The notes under the pieces are model-generated. The model did not search any database. It saw nothing but the letters and a program-made list of their open reading frames with translations, and was not told the DNA's origin. Positions 27,428 to 39,400 of a stretch of 64,000 bases of DNA are shown piece after piece. The stretch spans positions 14,525,920 through 14,589,919 of the forward strand of contig JARFYF010000050.1 of NCBI GenBank assembly GCA_030265395.1. Reading direction: 5' to 3'. Source of the DNA: Rhina ancylostomus. Lineage: Eukaryota. The translations under genes were made by a program, and so were the position numbers. Positions within the stretch are counted from its first letter, which is position 1; the number at the start of each line of letters is the position of its first letter.

Positions 27428-30400
27428 AAAACAATTAAACTAACAGAATTAAATAAAATAAAAGGTCTACTAATTATTCTCTCAGCAGCATTTCTTCCCA
27501 TTGATTTCAGTAGAATCGCTGTGCTTGCACCAGGTCTAAACTAGTAGAATGCTTTTTGAGAAGATTTCCCAGCCTGAGAACTCTGAAATCTGTGCTTCCC
27601 TATTGGATGCCATGAGGAGTCCACCAGTGCAGCCCAGAGGCAGCCAGGGGCATCAGTAGTACAGTGGGTGATTCTAATGCAGGCTTCTGCCAGCATTGGA
27701 CTTAAGAACATATACAAAGAAAATAGGCAAGTCTGACAAAAGTGCTGGAATCTAGAGAAGGATCTTCCTCAATCTACTAAACCACTCCTAACACAGGATT
27801 TCGATCCAAAATGTCAACAATTCCTTTCCCCCCATGGATACTGCTTGACCCACTGATTTCCTCCTAAATGCTTATAGAGTGACAATCATCCAGTTTTAGA
27901 CTCTTGGTCATCCTCGAGTTCATTCCCTCCACCATTAGTCACCATTGTCTCATGACTCACCACTCTCTTTTCTTCTGACAAGTGATCTTGTTGACCAAAT
28001 TTTGATCAGCTACCTTAATTTATGTCTCAGTGTCAGATTTTATTTGATAATTCCAAGGCATTTTACTATGGTAAGGGCATCATACAAATTCCATGTGGAG
28101 GAGCATTGGTAGTGGTAGAATAATGGTAATATAGTTATTCTGGTAGTAGGATAAGTAAGTAAACACTATATTTTCTANNNNNNNNNNTATAGATAAATGC
28201 TTTTTGATGTACTAACAAAAACAAATCTGAATCAGTAACTTTACTGAGTAAGTTCGCTGTTAAAGGTACATTGCAGTTCAAATGATTTCATTTTAATTAG
28301 CTGTTTTGTGTAATTTTTGTTGACATTGTTTTATATGTCATCTTTTTAATGCGTATTTTCTCCCATCAGCACAGTGTTTCCGTAATCCCTGCACATGATG
28401 GTCCACTTGCTGCACTAACCTTCAACTTCACAGGTTCAAAACTGGCAAGTGCCTCGGAAAAGGTATTCCTGATACTTCACCATTTCCCTGCGAAATTCTT
28501 TGCTTCAGTTTGATTTTATTTTTATCTTAATGAGACCTGTTGTGTAATATGTCTTAACAATCCTCTGGTGATAGTGGCTGCAGTGTGCCAAACAAATCAA
28601 AACACATAGGAGAGCAGGGATCACTGCCGTTCAGTAGCCCATGAGTTTTGTGCCAGGTCAGAGGTCACAAGCTTCAAATACTCTTTCCTCAATTGATTAA
28701 AAATAAATTTCTCTTTATCCCATATCTACTTTTTGTCAAGGTATCTACATGATCCTGAACTAATTTTAAAAAATATACTTTCCGTCTTTCCTTCCAGTGG
28801 TCACTTCATCTTTTAGTGTCTTGAGTGAGCGAAGCTTTGAACCCTTCAGAAACCAACCCCTTTGAGAGGGAATTATTCCCTCGGCAAAAACTTGTTAGAG
28901 ATTTGGGGTGGGGAGTTGGGTGGGTGGTTGACAGAAAAGGTATAGGAGAGATTTTCCTGTAGTTATATGGAGAAGGTGCTTGTTCACTTATCTATCTTTT
29001 GGGATCTGGGCAGTGGTGGTAAGGCCATCATTGAATGCTCTGGAAAAGATGGTGAGAAGTTGCTTTCTTGAAGTAATGCTGCCCTTGTGATATAAGTTGT
29101 CCCAGATTGTTGTCAGGGGTGGATTTAGCTGTAGCTACAATGAAAAACTGACAATATGTTCCAAGTCAGGATGGCGCGTTTCTTGGAGAGCCTGCAGATT
29201 GTGTTGTTCCCATGTCCATGCACCCTTATGCTTCATGGTGATAAAAGATTCCGGCTTTGGAGGTGTTTTCAGAGTATCCAAGCCACAGTGGTGCAGCTAG
29301 GAGAGCTGCAGTCTCACACTTGCAGTGACCCAGGTTCAATCCTGACCTCTGGTGTATCTGTGTGGTGTTTGCACATTCTTCCAGTGTCTAATTGCTCTCG
29401 TCCATGTTCTTCGGTTTCCTCCCACATCTCAAAGACATGTGGGTTGGTAGGTTATATGGCCACTTGTATGTTGCCTCTAGTGTGGAAGTGAGTGGTAGAA
29501 TGTACAGGGAGTTGGTGGGAATATGGAGAGAATAAAATGGGATTAGTGTAGGATTAAAGTAAACAGGTTGTCACAGGACTCAGAGGGCCAAAGGGCCTGT
29601 TTCCATGCCATATGACTCTCTAAGACTCACTTTCTCTATAACTGTAACACATTTTATAGATGGTGAACCCTGCAGCCACTGAGCACCAATGGTGCTGGTT
29701 AGGATAGTGGATGAGGTACTAATCAAATGAACTGCTATGTCCTACCTGGAGTGAAGTTGCTTGAGAGATGTTGGAGCTGCACTCACCCAGGCAAGTGTCC
29801 ATCACACACCTGACTGGTGCCTTATAGATGGTGGAAAGGATTTAGGGTGTCAGAAAGTGAGTAACTTGCCACAGGATACCCAGCCTCTAAGCCACTCTCA
29901 CAGCCACAGTATTCATGTGTGGCTGAGTACTCTGTAATTTTCCATTATCTCACAGTATGTGTTATTTGTAGTTGGTGGTAGAAAATATACCATATCCTCT
30001 TTCCTTGCATTATGGCATCAACATCGTCCCCCTTGAATGGACCCACAAATCAATCTTTCTGTTGCCAGTGGAATTTAGTTCTCCTTGGCTGGGGGGGTGG
30101 GGATTGCCTAGAGCCAGGGTCCTGCCTCAGAATAAAGAGTCACCCATTCAGAAAACAGATGGGAAGAGATTTCTTCACCAAAAAGGCAGTGAACCTGTGG
30201 AATTCCCTAGCCCCAAAAGACAGTTTCTGAGTATATTTAGGACAGAAATTGATCATTTTTTAATGTTAAGGAAATCAAGAGACATGAGATTTAAGCAGGA
30301 AAGTGGCACTGAAGTGAATGGTCAGTCGTGATCTTATTGAAAGGCAGAGCAGTCACAAAGTCATGTAATCTACTTTTGCTTTTTCTTATGGTGATATATA

Positions 30401-33400
30401 TTAATGTTGTTGGTTCAAAACATCCATTGCTGTAGGGAAAGTTAATTTTGTGAGTTGATAATTCTGCTTAACAGAGACCAAAATTACAATAAATTATGGA
30501 TTCAAATGGGGAGGGGCAGAAGATAATTACAGCAGGAAATTTAGATTCATTGACTGAAGTATGCCTGAATGACATAATTGACTTGTGCCCATTCTGCAAA
30601 GCTTCGTTTACTCCCTCTGAACATTCTGCAGGGTACAGTTATTCGTGTCTTTTCCACCCCTGAGGGACAGAAGCTCTACGAATTCAGGAGAGGAATGAAA
30701 AGGTAATTGTGTTATGTGTCTTCATTATCTGGATTTCCTTCACTCCTGTGGTTTTTGTCCCATTCACTAATTCTGTCTCTGTGGAATCTCTGTGCAGCAC
30801 GCATCACTTCTTGAGCTGCACTACAGGCACACAGTTGTGCTGGGCAAGTGACTTCATTGCTCTGTGCTAGCCGCAAAGGATACACATAATAAATAGTCCA
30901 GAGATAGCCTGATCTCTGAGTTCTTCTTTGGGGAAGAAATAATCTGTTCTGGGTTTCAGCTGCACTGCTAGGGTGAGGAACCGCTGCTTATGTAAAGAAT
31001 CTACCATATGTTACATTTCTGCAAAATTATTTCAATGTTTTTGCACAAAACACTTCTACAATTTGCTGTGTTACTGAATGCTGAAGAATTTGGGAAATCT
31101 GAATACCACATAAGTCCCATGTCAGATTTTGGACAGGAAGGATAAAATTGCCTGCATAAGTTGGTCAGTCCTGATGCAGGTTCCCTCCCACAGATGCTGC
31201 TTGACCTGCTGAATTCCTCCAGCAGATTGTTTGTTGCTCCAGATTCCAGCATCTGCAGTCTCTTGTGTCTNNNNNNNNNNNNNNNNNNNNNNNNNNNNNN
31301 NNNNNNNNNNNNNNNNNNNNNNNNNNNNNNNNNNNNNNNNNNNNNNNNNNNNNNNNNNNNNNNNNNNNNNATGCTGCTTGACCTGCTGAATTCCTCCAGC
31401 AGATTGTTTGTTGCTCCAGATTCCAGCATCTGCAGTCTCTTGTGTCTACAGTGAGCTGGGCCTAGCTCCTTCAGTGGCCCAGAATATTTATCCAGTCAGG
31501 GACTGTGTGTATAAACTAGTAAAGCAGAAGTGATCCTCTGTTTGTGTAGATTAACCCAATCTTGTCTGAAGGTGACAACAGGGAGATGACAATTGACCTC
31601 AGCATCCCTGGCTTAGTAAATTTATCAGGACTCCATATTTTCTTATCTTATGTATGACTCAGAAGGAGGCCACTCAGTCCATTGGGTTGATGCTGATCCC
31701 CTCCTTGTTTCCTTGTTCCTCTGAAAATTATTCTTGCTCAAACAAACCCATCAACTTCCCTTTAATTCTTTTTGTCATTAAGTGGTCATTCACAGTAGCC
31801 AATTAATCTACCAGCACATCTTTAGCATGTAGGAGGCAAGTGGAGCTTCCAAAAACCCACAGGCTCAGGATTAAACCCAGGTCTCTGGAACTGTGAGGCA
31901 GCGACACTGATTGCTGCACTGTGGTGCCACTCTCACCTGACTGGCGACACACCGCACCCCTATTCCCCTGCCTTTCATCTCTGGGTAAATTGTATCTGTG
32001 ATAGATGTCGGAGCAGCACCATCCTTCTTGAACGCTGGACCAATGAAGCTCATCAAGAAAAGTCATTAACAGTAATAAGAGCAAGTTGGGGACACTTCTG
32101 AGATCATTGGTGCCTTTGAGGTTTCATCATCTTAATCATTGGTGTTTCTAGGCCTTGGGATATGGGATGTACCAGCTTTCACCTGCTGATAGTTCTGCTG
32201 GGACATTCTGACAGTGAGGTGGGTGGAACTTCTCATGGAAGCCCAGCAATCTCTGCAGACATAACCCTCATCCCACGGAGGAAGCAGGTTAATCAAAGTT
32301 TCAATTATGATTGTATCAGAGGGATGTTTGTAAAAAAGGGCGTGCCTTATTTTTTTCTCTTTTTGGAGCAGGAATTTTGGAAGCAGGTTATTTTCCTGCA
32401 TTTTTTTTAAGCATGTGAGTGGAGGCTGGTAGGGATTGGTGGTGGGGGTTTAGGATAAACAATTTCATTTGTGGTCGATTCTACACCCTTTATCTTTGTG
32501 TTATTATGCTTTTGATATGTATCATTTTTTTCTGCAATAGGTATGTAAATATTGGCTCGCTGGCATTCAGCAAAGATTCCCAGTTCCTGTCAGCATCAAG
32601 TAATACTGAAACTATTCATATCTTCAAACTTGAACAGCCCAGCCAAAGGTACAGTAGTCCCACAAAACATTCCCCACTAAAACTGGAATAGACATTCAGT
32701 CATTCACGTTAATTTTTTTCAGACAGGGAGGGTTAAGTACAGACTGCTGAAGTTGTTATTCTTTCAGCAAAGGCTATACTATATGAGGTCAGATATTTTC
32801 CACTTGACTTACTCATTCCTTTGTCATCTTGTTTATACCATGACTGGAGTTTTGAGTAACATTTCCCATCTACAATCTTAGTTTAAAATTGATTTTATCA
32901 GACTATATAAATATTCTGTCTGAGTATCTGGCCAATTTTATCCAAGAAAATGCTACCATATGTATTCATGGAATTAATATGACGTTAACTTAATAGGAAG
33001 ATTAAGCAAAACTGAACTTTGGCAACTCCATCCAAGTCAGAGTTATTCTGCCTTTGAGCATACAAGTGAGAAATGGTTTAGGTGCTGAAAGTTTATGTTG
33101 AATACATTTCCCAATAGTGATAATGTAGCTGAGGTAAACCTGATCAACATCAGCCCACCAGCCTTCTGAAGGTGACCACCTTTATCAACAATTGCTGTTC
33201 CCTTCACGTGTCTATTGATCTAGTGATATCTCTGTAAGTGACTGGAAATACCCAGCACATAAACTGACTAGTTATTACATTACTGGTGTATTCCTGTTGA
33301 TTGTATGCTTGTACTGACATTAAATGGAAATGGTATGTTCATTTAAGATCAATGATCATAAAGCCAACAAGCCCTCATTTTCCAGGCTTGTGAATGACTT

Positions 33401-36400
33401 GGGCAAGACACCAGAAAAAAAATCGTACACCCCTATCTTCAGGGAAGAGGAGTAAATGAATCTTACCATGGAGAAGGGATCCTCATGGCTTATTGTGTGC
33501 CATTTCTGACAAAGTCCTGTTGCCTAATCTTTCCAATCACTGTGCTATTTTTTATGAAGATTACATCCTGTTCTTTATATAATTTGCTATTAAACCTGCC
33601 TCCACCTCACTTTCAGATGTAATAACTTGCTACCTCATTTCCTTATCTGATTCTTACACCAAACATCTTATGTCAGTGCAGTCTGTTTACCTACTGTCCT
33701 GTCAATGGAATCAGTTTCTTCCATCCACTTAATCAGAACCTAAGTATAAATGGTGTATGTTTAAGAATGTCAACGGTGCATTGTATGTCATCGATAAAGA
33801 CAGAAAGGAAATCAGGTGTCCTGGTTGCAAGGAGAGTCAAGTGGATGGTGGGGCAACCGAGATAAACCGGCAGTTCTCAGAGACAAGATAGACAGAGTCC
33901 CAAGGGTGTCAGGCAACCAGTTGGTAGTTGAGTTGGGAGATTGGATAGTAGGCTAAAAGATGGATAAGGACTGCAGGTTGGACAAGTAGTGTGGTTCACA
34001 ACTAATTTGAGTGTGAGGCATTCAAGGGAATGCCATAGCAACAGAGAGTATACTTGGAGGACCTATCTGAGTTGTGTTCCAACTTCTGCATTACATGGCC
34101 TCGGGGGTCTCAGGAAAGTCAACCATAAGTTACAAAGAGGCAGGCTTCATAAGTCCCATCTGTGAATCATGCTTACATTGAAGTGATACTCCATTCGACA
34201 CTATTGCATGTCATTGTATATGTCTGGGCTTCTCCATGCAATTGTGTGTTAAAGACATGACAGGCTCAGAAGAAAAATCACAGACTTTGTGGCACTTGCA
34301 GTAACTCCATAATTTTCCTTTGCAAGTAACACTCTTTAAAATTGAAGCAATACACACGAAATACTGGAGGAACTCAGCGGATCAGGCAGCATCTATGGCG
34401 GGAAGTGAATAGTCAATGTTTCGTGTCGAGACCCTTCATCAGGATCGGAAAGAAAGAGGGCAGAAGCCAGAATAAAAGGGTGGAGCAAGGAGGAGGAGCA
34501 CAAGCTGGCAGGTGATAGGTGAATCCAGGTTGGGGGGGGTGGGTGTGGAGGGAAATTCTGTCNNNNNNNNNNNNNNNNNNNNNNNNNNNNNNNNNNNNNN
34601 NNNNNNNNNNNNNNNNNNNNNNNNNNNNNNNNNNNNNNNNNNNNNNNNNNNNNNNNNNNNNNAAGCAGAGCAGTGATAGGTGGACAACAGAGGGGAGGCG
34701 GGGTGGGCACAGGGTGGTGATAGGTAGATGCAGGTAAGAGACAGTGATGGGCAGGTGCGGGAAAGGAGGGGAGAGCAGATTCACCGGGGGATGGGTCAAA
34801 GAGGGAAAAAGGGGGGAGGGGTAGAAATAAGAGAGAGAGGCTAGGAAAGTGAAGAGAACAAGAGGCATGGTGGGTGTGGAGGGGGTGTGTGTTACCTGAA
34901 GTGGGAGAATTCAATGTCCGCTGTTAACTCCTGTGGAAGAATACATCAGGACACAATCAAGGAGACCTTGAGAGGGACATTGACCAAACAATCAAGGACA
35001 ATGAACTGGGAACTTTCCACCAAGGCTTCAAACATCAGTGAACAAAGCAGCACTTCAAAAGAAAGCTACATGTCAATGACGATAACAAGAGAGGTTTATT
35101 CAATTCCTCCTGAACAAAGATCATTTTCTGTTGGCGTAATTCAAAGTTGCCTCATCCAGTGGGTAGATTGCAAGTTTCAACACAACTGAACTGAAGTTTG
35201 TACCTCTGTCCAGCATCATTATCTTCCCTTGTAAAGCCATAGCCTTAAGTCTGTGAATCTGACATAATAATCTCTTACTTATTCTAGTGAGAGATCTACA
35301 ATGGATGATTGGAATTACATCAACACCATAGACTCTGTATTCTGGTGCATTAATAACAGTATAGTGCACTGTGTTCAGAGATAAACAACATGAATTTTTC
35401 TTCAACTCTGTTCTTTAATCTTGTCTTTAGTGCTCCGCCATAGATAGATAGATCGGCTGGTTAAGTGGTGTCACAACAACAACCTCGCACTTAACATCAG
35501 CAAGGCCAAGGAACTGATTGTGGACTTCAGGAAGGGGAAGTCGGGAGAACAGACACCAGTCCTCGTTGAGGGGTCAGCGATGGAAAGGGTGAGCAGCTTC
35601 AAGTTCCTGGGTGTCAACACCTCAGAGGATCTATCCCTGGGCCTAACGCATTGATGTAATCACGAAGAAGGCACGCCAGCGGCTCTGCTATGTTAGGAGT
35701 CATCTAGTGCCTGAAGCTCTAGAGGACCACTCAATGGTTCCTGGGGAATCCCTGCCTACATCTTCATCCAACAGATTCCCTTCGGCACTAGAGTCCAACA
35801 AGGCAGAGAAGGACAGGGACCTAACAGTGTTTTATGGTAGCTGGGACCAGCAGCTGGTTCTGGGAGGCCATCGGGAAAGTTGTCTGGCTCACCAGGCGCC
35901 TCCTCTGTACTGGTGAGTCCTCACCTTTTGGTTGAAGGGGATAAGTGGCGAGAAAATGGCCAGGCTGGCCGCAATAGAGGCAAGTCCCATCTCTTAACCT
36001 GTGACGTCGCGCGGAGGGAGAAAGGCGGTTCTGTCCCCGTTGCATTGGTTGCTTCCCCGCAGTGGTGCAATCAGCTGGGTTGGGAATGCCTCTAGGGGCA
36101 AAAGGAGAAGGAGCCAAGAGGCTCAGGTCAGGAGAGGCTGGGAGGGTGACCCGTGGGGGGATAAACCATGCTGGACCATGTTGTGTTCCACTCTGTTCTT
36201 TAATCTTGTCTCTAGTGCTCCGCCATAGATAGATAGATCGGCTGGTTAAGTGGTGTCACAACAACAACCTTGCACTCAACGTCAGCAAGGCCAAGGAACT
36301 GATTGTGGACTTTAGGAAGGGGAAGTCGGGAGAACACACACCAGTCCTCGTTGAGGGGTCAGCAGTGGAAAGGGTGAGCAGCTTCAAGTTCCTGGGCGTC

Positions 36401-39400
36401 AACATCTCAGAGGATCTATCTTGGGTCCAACACATTGATGCAGTCATGAAGAAGGCACACCAAGGGCCTTACTTCACTGGGATTTTGAGAAGATTCAGTA
36501 TATCACCAAAGACTCTTGCAAATTTATACTGATGTGCCTTGGAGAGCTTTCCGACTGGTTGCATCACTGCCTGGTATGGAGGCTCCAATGCACAGGATCG
36601 CAAGAAACTGCAGAGGATTGTAGACTGAGCCAGCTCCATCACAGGCACAACACTCCCCACCATCGAGGATATCTTCACGAGGTGGTGCCTCGAGAAGGTG
36701 GCACCCATCACTAAGGACACTCACCACCCGGGCCATGCCCTCTTCTCGTTACTACCATCGGGGAGGAGGTATAGGAGCCTGAAGACCCACACTCAATGAT
36801 TCAGAAACAGCTTCCTCCCCTCTGCCATCAGATTTCTAAATGGTCCATGAATCCATGATAACTACTTTATTTTTCCTTTTTTTTGCACTATTTAGTTTGC
36901 AATTTATAGTAATTTTATGTATTTGCACTGAACTGCTGCTGCAAAACAATAAATTTCATGTCATTATAAATCAGTGATAATAAATAGTGTGACGCTATTA
37001 CAGCGCCAGCGATCGGGGTTCAATTCCCGTTGCTGTCTGTAAGGAGTTTGTACGTTCTCCCGTGTCTGCGTGGCTTTCCTCCGGGTGCTCCGGTTTCTTC
37101 CCACATTCTAAAGACGTACGGGTAGGTTAATATGGGTTTAAGAAATGTTGGTCTGGAAGGGCCTGTGACCACACTGTAAATAAAATTTAAAAAAAAATCT
37201 GGTTCTGACCCCTGACCCATTCTGTTGGAGGTTTCCAACTGCAATAACCAGCCAGAGCTCCTCTGTGATTACTCTCAGAACTAAGTTTCCACTCCTTACA
37301 GTAATGCTGTCATGGCTGGGCTCGTTCAAGGTGAATGAATCGTGACCATCATCCAGATATTGTGTATTCCCCTATACTGTGTTGTACCTCAGATACCTTA
37401 CTGCTTGTCCACTGAGGAAATGAAAGCCATTTGAAGAATTTTGATGGCAATGTGGCATAGTGTTTGTCACAGGCCATGTGTAAATGTACTACGGCCTTTG
37501 TTCCACGGGGAACAGTGGGAAAAGCTCCTTTTATTAATAAATAGGCCTGAACTGAAGGAGGTGCAATCTGCATAGTATTTCAGATGATCTCCCAGTATTG
37601 TTCAGCGAGAATTCAGCAAGAAGTTCAAAATAACCATTTCCCTTTTACGGCTCTTGACACACAAGAAACCTGCTGTCCCAGGGCATCGGGCTGTAGGGTG
37701 AGAATGTAAACTTCATGAATGGTCAACATCAACATGCTATGTTGTCACCACTCTCAGCACTGAGACAGAAGGGTTGGGTTCAAACACCACTCTTGAGGTT
37801 TAAAAGCTAAAAACAAACTGCTGGAGGAACTCAACAGGTCAGGCACCATCTGCGGAGGCAGAGGGACGGTCAACATTTCGGGTTAAGACCCTGTCTGGTC
37901 GGGTTAGGGTCTGAGGTGGATAAGTCACCTGGACCAGATGCACTACACCCCAGGTTTCTGAAAGGGGAGGGGACCTTTTCATTCTGGCTTCTGCCCTCTT
38001 CCTTTCCAGTCCTGATGAAGGGTCTCGACTCAAATCATTGACTGTTTCTTTCCCTCCATAGATGCTGCCTGACCCGCTGAGTTCCTCCAGCATTTTGTGT
38101 TTGTTGCTCCAGATTTCCAACATCTGCAGTGTCTCTTCTGTCTCTTTAAAATTGATTGTGGAGCAAGCAAATACGTGGCACTCTGTGATCCAAATTTTGG
38201 GCATTATAACTTTGAACATTATTAAGTTTTCCCACAGCCTTTTTTGCTCCATAGAGAACAAGTCTCACTTCTCCAGTATGTCAATGTAACTTAAGCTCCT
38301 CTTCTCTGATAAAACACTTATAAAGTTCCTCTGCGTCCTTTTGTAAGGTTAAAAGGACAAGGGTAGAGTAAGGTTGTGTGGAGATAATTTTGTGTTTAAC
38401 AATGCAGGAAGAATGGATTTTCGTTGGCTTCTGCCAAATTAAGCAGTGCAATATGTTTAGTAAGTTTTATTACCATTTCCCTCTGGCATCAGGCTAGTCT
38501 GTGATTGGAGGAGGATGGAAGATGGAGGCATGAGATTGTGGGTTGGAACGACAGGGAGATCAAAAAGGCTGGGATGCACATGAGGGTGGAATGTTGGAGA
38601 GCACAGCCTGGACCACAGAGCTTGGGGGTAGGGGTGTGACAGGACTGAGTACAGGTGTGGCAGGTAGCAAGTTAGGTCAACTCCTGCTGCATCAAGTAGT
38701 CTTTGGGTTTTCTGAGATGGGCGACCAGGATTATGTTTAAATACAAGGCTCAGAAACTTGGTCGTATTAATAAGTGAGACATTTGCTTTCTGGGAGCAAA
38801 TTGCCACCTGTCATGCCCTACCTCTATTAAAACCAGAAGTGTATGGGTTTGAGGCAAGTTGAAGTCAACTTTGAAGCTTCCATAGTTTTAAGATCCCATC
38901 CATTTTGGGGGATTAAGATATCCCTATTCCCTCCCTTCCCACCTTACATCCACAGATGCCCAATGTAGCTAAAGGATACAAAAATGTTAAGAAATAGGAT
39001 AAACTTGAAAGAATAATCCAACTATCTGTCAAGTAACAGAGTAATTGGCATTTGCTGAACTACAGTCTCTATCCTGGGTACAGCACCTGAGGTTTCAAAT
39101 AAAATGTTATAATTTCTTTATCTGAAAATAGCAGTGATTACAATATGAGTTGGAATTTCCCTGAACAAAGTCCTGGACCAATTTTTGCTGCAGTGCATTT
39201 TTCCACCACTTAGAGACACCACATGACCTTTCATTTCATCAAGAATGCTGCACATGTTAAACTTGGGCCAATAACAATAAAATGGGCTAACACATCCTGT
39301 AACAGTGCTAATTCTTTAGTATAAAATGCACATTATTGTAAATGTTGAGACTAGCAACACAAATGACATTTAGCTTCATGGCCGAACACATCCTTATGGC

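Noticed and set aside
31194-31447. Apparent tandem duplication of a ~77 bp repeat
   Set aside because: Identical copies sit on either side of an exactly 100-N gap, the typical sign of a scaffolding overlap artefact.
36985-37060. tRNA-like A/B boxes (also near 2150, 29290, 43950, 52760)
   Set aside because: They continue into SINE body and tail sequence and give no full cloverleaf; SINE heads, not tRNA genes.
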